Shown piece after piece: positions 48,304 to 57,653 of a stretch of DNA of 64,000 bases (the stretch's first letter is position 1; every line of letters starts with the position of its first letter). The stretch is from the NCBI GenBank assembly GCA_919902985.1, contig CAKKSC010000022.1, positions 3,436 to 67,435 of the forward strand, in the 5' to 3' direction. Below the pieces are notes generated by a model. That model ran no database searches, was not told the DNA's origin, and saw nothing but the letters and a program-made list of their open reading frames with translations. The position numbers were made by a program, and so were the translations under genes. The DNA is from Desulfuromonadales bacterium (lineage in GTDB: Bacteria > Desulfobacterota > JAENJC01).

Positions 48304-50265
48304 ATGGATATGTCCAAATATAAAAGCATGTTTTTAACTGAGGCCAGGGAACATCTTGGTAATATGAACCAGGTTGTGCTTGTTCTGGAAAAAGATCCTG
48401 GAGACAAGGGGAATATAGACTCACTTTTCAGATCGGCCCATTCAGTTAAAGGCATGGCTGCATCCATGGGTTATGATGGTATAGCTGAGCTTAGCCATAA
48501 AATGGAAGATATGATGGACAAGTTTCGCAAGGGGGAGATGCCTATAACGCCGGAGGCGACCGACATCCTTCTGGAAGGAGTTGACGCCCTTGGGCAGATG
48601 ATAGATGCGGTGGAGCAGGACAGGATATCTGATGTGGATGTCTCCAGGACAATAGAACGGATAAAGGGGTACGGGGCACAAAAGTCAGTGGTCAGTCTGA
48701 ACCCTGCTACTGAAGTCGAGCCACCGGCCACTGACTACCGGCCACTGACCACCGGGTTCAATATCTCCATAGAAATCTCCCAGGACTCTCCGGCGCCTTC
48801 TGTCAGGGCCGTCCTGATACTTAGAAAACTAAAAGAGCTTGGAGAGGTCATATCGACAAACCCTTCCGAGGCGGACCTGAAAGGCAGGAAGTTGTCAGGG
48901 CCGTTGTCTGTTAAGTTTGTATCTGACACGGCTCAGGAGAAGATTGAAGAGGTTGTCAGGGGGATGGGAGAGGTGTCTTCCCTAAAGGTCGAGCCTCTGA
49001 AAGATGAGGTTCAGGCTCCTGATTTTAGAACTCCAATCGCCGCTCCCCAAAAAGAATCGGTGAAAAGTGAAGCAGAGGAACCGAAGGGATCGAGACCCGA
49101 AATCCCTTCAATAGGGCCTTTGCAGCAGACCGTTAAGGTCAATACCGCCCTTCTCGACTATTTTGTGAATGCCATTGGCGAACTAATCATAAATAAGTCC
49201 AGGCTCCATGATATCTCACGGGGGATACCTTCCAAGGAGTTAAGTGATGGGCTAAACCATCTTGACAGGCTTGTAAGAGACCTGCAAAACCAGGTGATGA
49301 GCGTCAGGATGATGCCTATGGAAAGCTTAATGGAGAGGTTCCCAAGGATTGTCCGGGACCTGGCCAGGAAAGAGGGGAAAGAAGTCACTCTTAACATGGA
49401 GGGGCAGGACATAGAACTGGACCGTTCCATTATAGAAGGACTGGGAAATCCTCTGATACATATAATCAGGAATGCTGTGGACCACGGCATTGAACTGCCT
49501 GACGACAGAAGGGCCGCCGGCAAACCTCTCCCTGCCAAGATTTTAATAAAGGCATCCAGGGAAAAGGACCAGGTTTTCATAGAGATATCCGATGACGGAA
49601 AGGGAATGGACCCTGAAAGGCTTAAGGAAGCAGCAATAAACAAGGGGCTGATAACCCCTGAACAGGCAGCAGGGATGAGTAAAAAGGAAGCGCTCCTCCT
49701 TACATGTATTCCCGGCTTCAGCACGGCCAAGGTCGTTTCCGACATATCAGGAAGAGGCGTCGGGATGGACGCCGTGAAGTCGGCAATAGAGCCTATCGGC
49801 GGCAGTATTGATATAGATTCCAGGCCGGGGGCAGGGACAAGGATTACACTTAAGCTCCCTCTGACAGTCGCCATAATCCAGTCCCTTTTGATTGAAGCCG
49901 CCCAGGAGATATATGCCATTCCGATAAGCAGGGTGCTGAAGACTATGGAGATAGACAGGGATACTGTGAAGACCAGTCAGAAGCAGAGTCTGATAGATTT
50001 TGACGGCTTTCTTATACCTCTCCTCAGCATTAGGAAGATATTTACACTGCCGCCCTTGGCAGGGCAGGCCAAATTTATACCGGTTGTAGTCACTGAGGTT
50101 AAAGGTAAGATCGTAGGACTAGTGGTAGACAGGCTGGTTGGACAACAGGAAACCTTTATAAGGCCGCTTGGAAGGCCCCTCAACAAGATAGGCGGCCTGT
50201 CCGGAACCACTGTCCTCGGTAACGGCCGGACCATTTTTTTATTGGATGTGGGGAATATAGTATGA
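48304..50265 (+). CDS. cheA: chemotaxis histidine kinase CheA
   Basis: P1 Hpt (SAHSVKG), dimerisation domain, HATPase and C-terminal CheW-like domain; a repeat-derived linker insertion after P1. Confidence 0.9.
   Translation: MDMSKYKSMFLTEAREHLGNMNQVVLVLEKDPGDKGNIDSLFRSAHSVKGMAASMGYDGIAELSHKMEDMMDKFRKGEMPITPEATDILLEGVDALGQMIDAVEQDRISDVDVSRTIERIKGYGAQKSVVSLNPATEVEPPATDYRPLTTGFNISIEISQDSPAPSVRAVLILRKLKELGEVISTNPSEADLKGRKLSGPLSVKFVSDTAQEKIEEVVRGMGEVSSLKVEPLKDEVQAPDFRTPIAAPQKESVKSEAEEPKGSRPEIPSIGPLQQTVKVNTALLDYFVNAIGELIINKSRLHDISRGIPSKELSDGLNHLDRLVRDLQNQVMSVRMMPMESLMERFPRIVRDLARKEGKEVTLNMEGQDIELDRSIIEGLGNPLIHIIRNAVDHGIELPDDRRAAGKPLPAKILIKASREKDQVFIEISDDGKGMDPERLKEAAINKGLITPEQAAGMSKKEALLLTCIPGFSTAKVVSDISGRGVGMDAVKSAIEPIGGSIDIDSRPGAGTRITLKLPLTVAIIQSLLIEAAQEIYAIPISRVLKTMEIDRDTVKTSQKQSLIDFDGFLIPLLSIRKIFTLPPLAGQAKFIPVVVTEVKGKIVGLVVDRLVGQQETFIRPLGRPLNKIGGLSGTTVLGNGRTIFLLDVGNIV
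48684..48753 (+). repeat. palindromic repeat (family B) in-frame in the cheA P1-P2 linker
   Basis: GTCAGTGGTCAGT...CCGGCCACTGACTACCGGCCACTGACCACC; shares CCGGCCACTGACCACC and the GTGGTCAGT arm with the galU terminator repeat at 37133-37190. Confidence 0.5.
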
Positions 50266-50305
50266 GGTAAGGGGCGGGTTTGATACCCGCCTATAACGGG
50301 GTTAT

Positions 50306-50908
50306 ATGAAACGGCTAAACGAAAGCGATCTCGATTTTCTCAGGGAGCTCTCCAATATAGGTGTAGGACACGCGGCTACAGCCCTTTCCCAGCTTATCGG
50401 AAGGCAGGTAGGGATGAGGGTCCCGAAAGTCAGTATAGTAGACCTGGCGTCAGTTCCCGAACTAATGGGTGGGAGCGAAAAAATTGTGAGCGGTGTTTAC
50501 CTCCAGGTATTAGGAGATGCCAGAGGCGCTATCCTGCTGATATTCCCTGATGACAGCTCAAGGGCACTGATAAGCTTGCTGCTGAAAAGAGTTGACGAGC
50601 CTCTTTCAGAGATGGGAGCATCAACACTCAAGGAAGTTGGAAATATCCTTGCATCTGCCTATTTGAGCGTCCTTGGGAACATGCTTGATATAACCCTGAT
50701 CCCCTCGATCCCCTCTCTGGCCCACGACATGGTCGGCGCAGTAGTAGATATTGTATTATCCGATCTGGGCGAGATTGGCGACACTGCATTTGTCTTTGAG
50801 ACTGAATTTTATGACATGACTAATGATATAAAGGGGCATTTTTTCCTCCTTCCTGGCCCTGACTCCATAGATGTTATAATGAGAGCCATCGGGAGCAAGA
50901 ATGGATAA
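50306..50908 (+). CDS. cheC: CheC-like chemotaxis phosphatase
   Basis: CheC/CheX fold motifs (ELSNIGVGHAATALSQL; second repeat EVGNILASAYL). Confidence 0.7.
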   Translation: MKRLNESDLDFLRELSNIGVGHAATALSQLIGRQVGMRVPKVSIVDLASVPELMGGSEKIVSGVYLQVLGDARGAILLIFPDDSSRALISLLLKRVDEPLSEMGASTLKEVGNILASAYLSVLGNMLDITLIPSIPSLAHDMVGAVVDIVLSDLGEIGDTAFVFETEFYDMTNDIKGHFFLLPGPDSIDVIMRAIGSKNG

Positions 50909-51398
50909 GGTAGTGGTCAGAATAGCGGATTACAGGATTGCTGAGGCGCCGGCAACCCTCGTCACTTACGGTCTTGGGTCGTGCGTAGCCGTTGCCCTCT
51001 ATGACACTGAGACAAGGATGGGCGGTTTATGCCATATAATGCTTCCCAGCAGCTCCAAAGCAAGGGATTCAGGGAACCCAAAAAAGTTCGCCGACATCTG
51101 CATCTCCGAGATGTTAGAGGATATGGAGAATAGAGGCTGTAATGTGGACAGGATGGTGGCCAAGATAGCCGGGGGCGCCAGGATGTTTGATCTCCCGAAC
51201 AAGGAAAAATCATCTTCTATAGGGGAGAGAAACCGTGATGCAGTATTGATCGAGCTTGCAAAGAGAAGGATCCCGCTGATTGCGGAGGATACCGGCGAAA
51301 ACTATGGACGGACTATGGAGTTCCACCTCGGGAACGGTGATATGCTGGTAATATCTCTGCGTGGCGGAACAAAGGTGTATAGAGACGAGGCACTATGA
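50901..51398 (+). CDS. cheD: chemoreceptor glutamine deamidase CheD
   Basis: GLGSCVAVALYD...GGLCHIMLP catalytic Cys/His region. Confidence 0.8.
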   Translation: MDKVVVRIADYRIAEAPATLVTYGLGSCVAVALYDTETRMGGLCHIMLPSSSKARDSGNPKKFADICISEMLEDMENRGCNVDRMVAKIAGGARMFDLPNKEKSSSIGERNRDAVLIELAKRRIPLIAEDTGENYGRTMEFHLGNGDMLVISLRGGTKVYRDEAL

Positions 51399-52147
51399 AT
51401 GTTAATGTATTAACAGAACTCCTGGATGGCGTAAAAAACGGGACCGTTTCAACCGAATCAGCCCTGTCCAGGCTTAAGGCGCTCCCTTTTGAGGACATGG
51501 GTCAGGCCGTAATTGACAGCCACAGGGAGTTGAGGCAGGGGTTCCCAGAGGTCATCCTCGGAGAAGGGAAAAGCACAGCGCAGATAATAAGCATAATCGA
51601 AAAACTGCGTTCCAACGGCTCCAGCATCCTGGCCACCAGGATTGATGCTGCAAAGGCGGTAGCGATCATCAAGGCAGTCCCATCTGTTCAATACAACAGC
51701 GATGCCAGAACCCTTACCTTTATGGAAGGAGAGTTTAAAGAAAAAGGAAAGGGTATCATCATGGTGATATCCGCCGGAACATCAGATATCCCTGTTGCGG
51801 AAGAGGCCGCAATTACGGCCTTTATGATGGGGAACAGGGTGGACAGGCTTTATGACGTTGGAGTGGCCGGTATCCATAGACTCTTTTTCCACAGGGAGCG
51901 TATAACCTCTGCCGGCGTCCTGATTGTCTGCGCCGGGATGGAAGGCGCCCTCCCGAGCGTTGTGGGAGGGATAGTGGCCAGACCGGTCATTGCAGTGCCT
52001 ACGAGCGTTGGGTACGGTGCCAGCTTTGGCGGCATCAGCGCCCTTCTCGGGATGCTCAACTCCTGTGCCCCTGCTGTAACGGTGGTGAATATTGACAATG
52101 GCTTCGGGGCAGGTTATGCGGCAAGCCTGATAAATAGAAAAGATTGA
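51395..52147 (+). CDS. larB: nickel-pincer cofactor biosynthesis protein LarB (PurE-like)
   Basis: PurE-like core (AGMEGALPSVV...VPTSVGYG...VVNIDNGFGA) with an N-terminal extension. Confidence 0.8.
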   Translation: MNVNVLTELLDGVKNGTVSTESALSRLKALPFEDMGQAVIDSHRELRQGFPEVILGEGKSTAQIISIIEKLRSNGSSILATRIDAAKAVAIIKAVPSVQYNSDARTLTFMEGEFKEKGKGIIMVISAGTSDIPVAEEAAITAFMMGNRVDRLYDVGVAGIHRLFFHRERITSAGVLIVCAGMEGALPSVVGGIVARPVIAVPTSVGYGASFGGISALLGMLNSCAPAVTVVNIDNGFGAGYAASLINRKD

Positions 52148-52148
52148 T

Positions 52149-53375
52149 ATGATAGCATACTTTGATTGTTTTTCAGGTATCAGCGGTGATATGATTGTGG
52201 GGGCCTTCCTGGATGCCGGAGTTCCGTTTGAGTGGCTGAAGGATGAGCTGGAGAAACTCTCACTGAAAGGATATAAGCTGGGGGTAGAGGACGTTAAACG
52301 GGGAGGAATAGGAGGGAAGAAATTCCATGTAGAGACCCCCCCCCTCAATCCCCTCCTTAGTAAGGGGGGGGTAGTTGAGAGAAGACTTGGAGACATAACG
52401 GGGATAATCGAGAAAAGCACCCTCTCGAAAGATGTTAAAGAGCTGAGCATTCTGGTATTTCAAAGACTTGCCGGGGCAGAGGCAAGGGTACACAGGATCG
52501 GGGTTGACGATATACACTTCCATGAGGTAGGCGGAGTAGACTCCATTATTGATATTGTGGCAGCATCCCTGTCCCTCTCTTTTCTGAAAATAAAAGAGGT
52601 TTATGCATCAGAGATTCCAGTGTCTCACGGCATAATATTGAGTAGTCACGGGAGGTTGCCTCTGCCCGCGCCTGCCACGATGGAGCTGCTGAAGGATGTC
52701 CCTGTTTGTCAAAGTTCAACAACAGGCGAGCTTGTGACACCAACCGGTGCAGCCTTTCTTTCCGTAGTATGCAAAGGGTTTGGTCCCATCAGACCTATGA
52801 GGCTTAAAGGTATTGGATATGGGGCTGGAGAAAGGGATAATGAAGGTCTTCCGAACCTGCTGAGGGTAATGATTGGAGAGCCACCCCCCCTCAATCCCCC
52901 CCTTAATAAGGGGGGGGCGAAAGGGGGGGTAGAGGTTGACTCCGTCATGGTCATAGAGTCCAACATAGACGACATGAGCCCTGAGATTTACGGTTTTGTC
53001 ATGGAGCGGCTCTTTGATGAGGGGGCGCTGGATGTTTCTCTGATACCTGTCTACATGAAAAAAGGGAGGCCTGGAACCATTGTCCAGGTCTTGTGTGAGG
53101 CTGGGATGGAAAAGTCGCTTGGAGAGTTGCTCCTTAAGGAGACCTCGACAATAGGTGTCAGGTTTTACAGGACGGACAGATTGAAGCTGCAGCGGGAAAC
53201 CGTTGAGGTAAAGACCAGGTTTGGCACAGTAAGAGCGAAGGTGGCAAGGTCTCCATGGGGGAACAAGGCGCGGCCTGAGTACGAAGACTGCAGGAAGGTG
53301 GCTATGGATATGGGAGCTCCCCTTCTGGATGTCTATACAGAAGCTGTTAAGGAGTTTAAGGAAAATGACGAATAG
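52149..53375 (+). CDS. larC: nickel-pincer cofactor biosynthesis protein LarC (DUF111) carrying two in-frame palindromic insertions
   Basis: N-terminus MIAYFDCFSGISGDMIVGAFLDAGV matches the LarC family. Confidence 0.8.
   Translation: MIAYFDCFSGISGDMIVGAFLDAGVPFEWLKDELEKLSLKGYKLGVEDVKRGGIGGKKFHVETPPLNPLLSKGGVVERRLGDITGIIEKSTLSKDVKELSILVFQRLAGAEARVHRIGVDDIHFHEVGGVDSIIDIVAASLSLSFLKIKEVYASEIPVSHGIILSSHGRLPLPAPATMELLKDVPVCQSSTTGELVTPTGAAFLSVVCKGFGPIRPMRLKGIGYGAGERDNEGLPNLLRVMIGEPPPLNPPLNKGGAKGGVEVDSVMVIESNIDDMSPEIYGFVMERLFDEGALDVSLIPVYMKKGRPGTIVQVLCEAGMEKSLGELLLKETSTIGVRFYRTDRLKLQRETVEVKTRFGTVRAKVARSPWGNKARPEYEDCRKVAMDMGAPLLDVYTEAVKEFKENDE
52336..52371 (+). repeat. GC-rich palindromic mini-element in-frame in larC (copy 1)
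   Basis: CCCCCCCCCTCAATCCCCTCCTTAGTAAGGGGGGGG encoding PPLNPLLSKGG. Confidence 0.6.
52884..52929 (+). repeat. GC-rich palindromic mini-element in-frame in larC (copy 2)
   Basis: CCCCCCCTCAATCCCCCCCTTAATAAGGGGGGGGCGAAGGGGGGG encoding PPPLNPPLNKGGAKGG. Confidence 0.6.
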
Positions 53376-54789
53376 AGGTCCGAAGGTCCTGATCGTTGAT
53401 GGAGATAGAGTAATCAGGAATGTAGTCATGGAGATGCTGACTAATTGGGGATATGAGGGGATAGAGGCCGGGAACGGCAAGGATGCCCTGCGCAGAGTGA
53501 TGGTTGATAAGCCGGACCTTATTCTTCTTGACCTGATCATGCCTGATATTAACGGGTTTGAGGTATGCTGGAAAATAAGAAAGGAAATGAATGTCCTTGC
53601 AACACCGATTATCATTTTGACCGCAAGAGGCGAAAAAGATGACATCCTGAAAGGGCTTGAGGTTGGAGCAAACGATTATATAGTTAAGCCCGCAGAACCG
53701 TTGGAGCTTGAGGCAAGGATAAAGACACATCTCCGCATCAAGAGACTGTATGACGATGCAAGCGCAGAGAAAGAAGATCTGACAAGGCTCCTGGAGCTAT
53801 CCAAGGCAGTTTCATCTACCCTTAATTCACGGGACATATTTTATACTATTGTCAAGAGTGTGGGAAAGGTAATAGATGTTGACAGATGCTCCATTGTCAG
53901 GGTTGGAAGGAAGAAGGGGGTAGGTTATGTTGTGACAACCTACGAAAACCCCGGCATAAAGAATCTTGCCATAGACCTCGAGAAGTACCCTGAGATTAGA
54001 AGTGCCCTTGAGGTAAAGGGGACCGTTATAATAGACGATATACAAAACGATCCGAGGATGACCTCCGTGAAAGATATTATTAAGGAACTTGGTTTAAGCT
54101 CCCTGCTGGTTATTCCCATAATACTAAGTAAGGAGGTTATAGGAACCCTTATGCTCAGGATATCCAGAAAGGAAACGAACTTTTCCCCAAGGGAAGTCAA
54201 GCTATGTCAGGCCATTGCCAGCCTTGCAGCCAGCGCCCTGACAAATGCCCACCTCTTCGAATCCGGCGAGATCTCTAATCTGGAACTGGAAAAACTAGCC
54301 ATAACCGATGGCCTGACAGGGGCATACAACCATCGTCACTTTCGCACAAGACTGGACGAGGAGTTTACCCGCGCCAAAAGATACGCTACACCGCTGTCCT
54401 GTATAATGATGGATATAGACCACTTTAAACAAATCAACGATGCATTCGGCCATGCTCAGGGCGATATGGTACTTAGCGAGATAACCGATGTGATAAAGAA
54501 TAATGTGAGGAAGAGCGATATCGTGGCCCGCTACGGAGGAGAAGAGTTTGTGGCGCTCCTGCCAAATACTGATGAAGAGGGGGCCTTTGTACAGGCCGAA
54601 AGATTAAGAGAGGCTGTCAAGGGTTACAGATGTTCTGGCAGAGACAGGTGTATAATGGTAACTATCAGCCTGGGGGTTTCAACCTTCCCGTCTCCAGAGA
54701 TATCTACTGCCGATGACCTGGTGGGTAAGGCAGATGATGCACTGTATAGGGCGAAGAGAAGCGGAAGGAACAGGACGGTAGAGGCATAG
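53368..54789 (+). CDS. response regulator with GAF and GGDEF domains (diguanylate cyclase)
   Basis: REC (VLIVDGD...LDLIMPDINGF), GAF, and GGDEF with an intact RYGGEEF active site. Confidence 0.85.
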   Translation, partial: TNRGPKVLIVDGDRVIRNVVMEMLTNWGYEGIEAGNGKDALRRVMVDKPDLILLDLIMPDINGFEVCWKIRKEMNVLATPIIILTARGEKDDILKGLEVGANDYIVKPAEPLELEARIKTHLRIKRLYDDASAEKEDLTRLLELSKAVSSTLNSRDIFYTIVKSVGKVIDVDRCSIVRVGRKKGVGYVVTTYENPGIKNLAIDLEKYPEIRSALEVKGTVIIDDIQNDPRMTSVKDIIKELGLSSLLVIPIILSKEVIGTLMLRISRKETNFSPREVKLCQAIASLAASALTNAHLFESGEISNLELEKLAITDGLTGAYNHRHFRTRLDEEFTRAKRYATPLSCIMMDIDHFKQINDAFGHAQGDMVLSEITDVIKNNVRKSDIVARYGGEEFVALLPNTDEEGAFVQAERLREAVKGYRCSGRDRCIMVTISLGVSTFPSPEISTADDLVGKADDALYRAKRSGRNRTVEA

Positions 54790-54800
54790 GAGGTTATTAA

Positions 54801-57653
54801 TTGAATTATAAAGAAACAATAAACCTTCCCTTAACAGAGTTCCCCATGAGGGCGAACCTTAACCAGAAGGAACCTGAACTCCTTAAGGAATGGGATGAGG
54901 CAGGACTTTATCAAAAGATCAGGGACAAGTCAAAGGGAAGGCCGAGATACATCCTCCATGACGGGCCACCTTACGCCAACGGCCATATACACATAGGGCA
55001 CTCCATAAACAAAATTTTGAAAGATATTGTTGTAAAGTCGCGGCAGATGTCCGGCTTCGACGCCCCTTATATCCCGGGATGGGACTGCCACGGCTTGCCT
55101 ATAGAACTTCAGGTGGATAGGGACCTTGGCTCAAAGAAGCAGGGAATGAGCAAGCTTGATATCCGCAGGCACTGCCGTGAGTATGCCGGAAAGTTCATAG
55201 ATATCCAGAGGGACGAGTTTAAGAGACTCGGCATCCTCGGAGACTGGGGAAGGCCCTATCTAACGATGGACTTCGCCTATGAAGCCGCTACAGCAAAGGA
55301 GCTTGGAAAGTTCTTTGAAAAGGGCGCAGTTTACAAGGGCCGCAAGCCTGTCCACTGGTGCTCATCCTGCCAGACGGCCCTGGCAGAGGCGGAGGTGGAG
55401 TACAATGAAAAGACATCGCCGTCGATTTACGTGAAGTTTAAGGTAGGGGCGTATGGCAATACGCCCTTACAAAAAATAGTTGGTGACCGGCATGCCTCCA
55501 TCGTTATCTGGACAACCACCCCCTGGACCATACCTGCCAATATGGCTATATCGGTACACCCTGATTATGACTATTCGATTGTTGAAACTCCCCCCATCCT
55601 CCTTCTTGCTAAAGAAGGGGAGCCGGAGGCGGGGGAGTTCTTGATCCTTGCCACAGAACTCGTCCCTTCCTGCATGGAGAAATGGGGCATTTCAGATTAC
55701 AAGACCATAGCGAAGGTCAAGGGCAATGAACTCAAGGGTATAGTCTGCAGGCATCCTTTTGTCGAGCGCTACTCTGTTGTCGTCACAGGCACCCATGTTG
55801 CCCTCGATGCCGGGACCGGCTGTGTTCACACTGCCCCGGGTCATGGAGAGGACGATTACCGCATAGGACTCGAATATGGTCTTGAGATATATACCCCGGT
55901 TGACAAGGCAGGGAGATTTACTGATGACGTCCCGTTCTTTGCCGGTGAGCAGGTATTCAAGGCCAACAAGGGTGTCATAGAAAAGCTTAATGAGGTTGGG
56001 GCTCTGATAAAGGAGGAGTCCATTCAGCACTCCTATCCTCACTGCTGGAGATGCAAGGGGCCGATCATCTTCAGGGCCACGGAGCAGTGGTTCATTTCCA
56101 TGGAAAGGAACGACCTCAGGAAGAAGGCCATTGATGCAATAAACAAAGAAATCCGCTGGATACCACACTGGGGGAAGGACCGTATTCTTGGAATGATTAC
56201 CAACAGGCCTGACTGGTGTATATCGAGGCAGAGGACATGGGGTGTGCCAATTACTGTCTTTTACTGCAAGGGTTGCGGCGAGATCCTTTCTGATAAGGCT
56301 GTATTCGACCACGTGGTCTCACTCTTCAAAAATGGCGGAGCTGATGTCTGGTTTGATAAGGAGGTAAGCGAGCTACTGCCTCCCGGTTCTAAATGCAAGA
56401 AGTGCGAAGGAAGCGAATTCGAAAAGGAAATGGACATACTTGACGTATGGTTCGACTCAGGGGTGAGCCATGCAGCTGTATTGGAGTCGAGGGAAGAACT
56501 CTCCTCCCCTGCCGACCTTTATTTAGAGGGGAGCGACCAGCACAGGGGATGGTTCCATTCCTCCCTCCTTGCCTCTATGGGGACCAGGGACAGGGCCCCT
56601 TACAAGGCAGTCCTGACCCACGGTTTCGTGGTGGACGGCGAGGGGAAGAAGATGTCCAAATCTTCAGGAAATGTCGTCGCCCCGCAGGAGATAATAAAAA
56701 AATATGGTGCAGAGGTCTTGAGGCTCTGGGTTGCGGCAGAGGACTACAGGGACGACATCCGTATTTCAGAAGGAATAGTCGTCCAGCTCTCCGATGCATA
56801 TAAGAAAATAAGAAACACCTTCCGTTATTTATTGAGTAACATTTATGACTTTGACCCTTCAAAACAGCTGGTGCAGTACAAAGATATGCTTGAGATAGAC
56901 AGGTGGGCGTTGCTTCGGCTCTATACCCTTTCAAACAGGGTTGAAAAGGCTTATAACGATTTCGAGTTCCATCAGATATACCATTCGACCCACGCCTTCT
57001 GCGTAAACGATCTTTCATCCTTTTACTTCGATATCCTGAAGGACAGACTTTATACAGCCAGAAAAGATTCTGTCGAGAGGCGTTCGGCCCAGACGGCACT
57101 CTTCCACATTCTCAATTCAATGGTAAGATTGATGGCCCCCATATTCTCCTTCACATGCGAGGAAGTATGGAAATTTATGCCAACAACTCCCCCCAACCCC
57201 CTCTTTAGTAAAGAGGGGGTGCCGAAGGCGGGGGAGTTTAAAAGAGAAGAGTCCGTCCATCTTGTCTCTTTCCTTAAATCTAACGAGGAATGGAAGGATG
57301 ATGAGCTTCTGAAAAGCTGGGAGATGCTTCGATCAGTCAGGGAAGAGGTTCTAAAGGTCCTTGAGGTGGCCAGAAGAGAGAAGATGATAGGCAACTCCCT
57401 TGAAGCGGAGGTAACTCTTTACGCTCCGGATGACCTCTACAAGTTGCTCAGGGTCTACGAAGGTCAACTGAAATACATATTCATCGTATCCAGTGTCATC
57501 CTCTACAGTGAAGATAGAGGGAAGCCTGTCGAGGTCACGGTAGCACAGGCATCCGGGCAGAAGTGCGAGAGGTGCTGGAACTACGACATGACGGTTGGTA
57601 TTAACGGTGAACATCCGACTGTGTGTGACAGGTGCGTGAGGGCGGTGAGTTAA
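54801..57653 (+). CDS. ileS: isoleucine--tRNA ligase (type 1) carrying two in-frame palindromic insertions
   Basis: HIGH ([11 protein letters not shown]) and KMSKS motifs, C-terminal zinc finger CERCWNY...CDRC; TTG start. Confidence 0.95.
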   Translation: MNYKETINLPLTEFPMRANLNQKEPELLKEWDEAGLYQKIRDKSKGRPRYILHDGPPYANGHIHIGHSINKILKDIVVKSRQMSGFDAPYIPGWDCHGLPIELQVDRDLGSKKQGMSKLDIRRHCREYAGKFIDIQRDEFKRLGILGDWGRPYLTMDFAYEAATAKELGKFFEKGAVYKGRKPVHWCSSCQTALAEAEVEYNEKTSPSIYVKFKVGAYGNTPLQKIVGDRHASIVIWTTTPWTIPANMAISVHPDYDYSIVETPPILLLAKEGEPEAGEFLILATELVPSCMEKWGISDYKTIAKVKGNELKGIVCRHPFVERYSVVVTGTHVALDAGTGCVHTAPGHGEDDYRIGLEYGLEIYTPVDKAGRFTDDVPFFAGEQVFKANKGVIEKLNEVGALIKEESIQHSYPHCWRCKGPIIFRATEQWFISMERNDLRKKAIDAINKEIRWIPHWGKDRILGMITNRPDWCISRQRTWGVPITVFYCKGCGEILSDKAVFDHVVSLFKNGGADVWFDKEVSELLPPGSKCKKCEGSEFEKEMDILDVWFDSGVSHAAVLESREELSSPADLYLEGSDQHRGWFHSSLLASMGTRDRAPYKAVLTHGFVVDGEGKKMSKSSGNVVAPQEIIKKYGAEVLRLWVAAEDYRDDIRISEGIVVQLSDAYKKIRNTFRYLLSNIYDFDPSKQLVQYKDMLEIDRWALLRLYTLSNRVEKAYNDFEFHQIYHSTHAFCVNDLSSFYFDILKDRLYTARKDSVERRSAQTALFHILNSMVRLMAPIFSFTCEEVWKFMPTTPPNPLFSKEGVPKAGEFKREESVHLVSFLKSNEEWKDDELLKSWEMLRSVREEVLKVLEVARREKMIGNSLEAEVTLYAPDDLYKLLRVYEGQLKYIFIVSSVILYSEDRGKPVEVTVAQASGQKCERCWNYDMTVGINGEHPTVCDRCVRAVS
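55588..55637 (+). repeat. GC-rich palindromic mini-element in-frame in ileS (copy 1)
   Basis: CTCCCCCCATCCTCCTTCTTGCTAAAGAAGGGGAGCCGGAGGCGGGGGAG encoding [17 protein letters not shown]. Confidence 0.6.
57187..57236 (+). repeat. GC-rich palindromic mini-element in-frame in ileS (copy 2)
   Basis: CTCCCCCCAACCCCCTCTTTAGTAAAGAGGGGGTGCCGAAGGCGGGGGAG encoding [17 protein letters not shown]; near-identical architecture to copy 1. Confidence 0.6.

Noticed and set aside
49158-49919. Minus-strand 253-aa ORF
   Set aside because: Antisense to cheA.
51782-53645. Minus-strand ORFs 51782..52450 and 52716..53645
   Set aside because: Antisense to larB/larC and the GGDEF regulator; they partly run through the palindromic elements, which are open in several frames.
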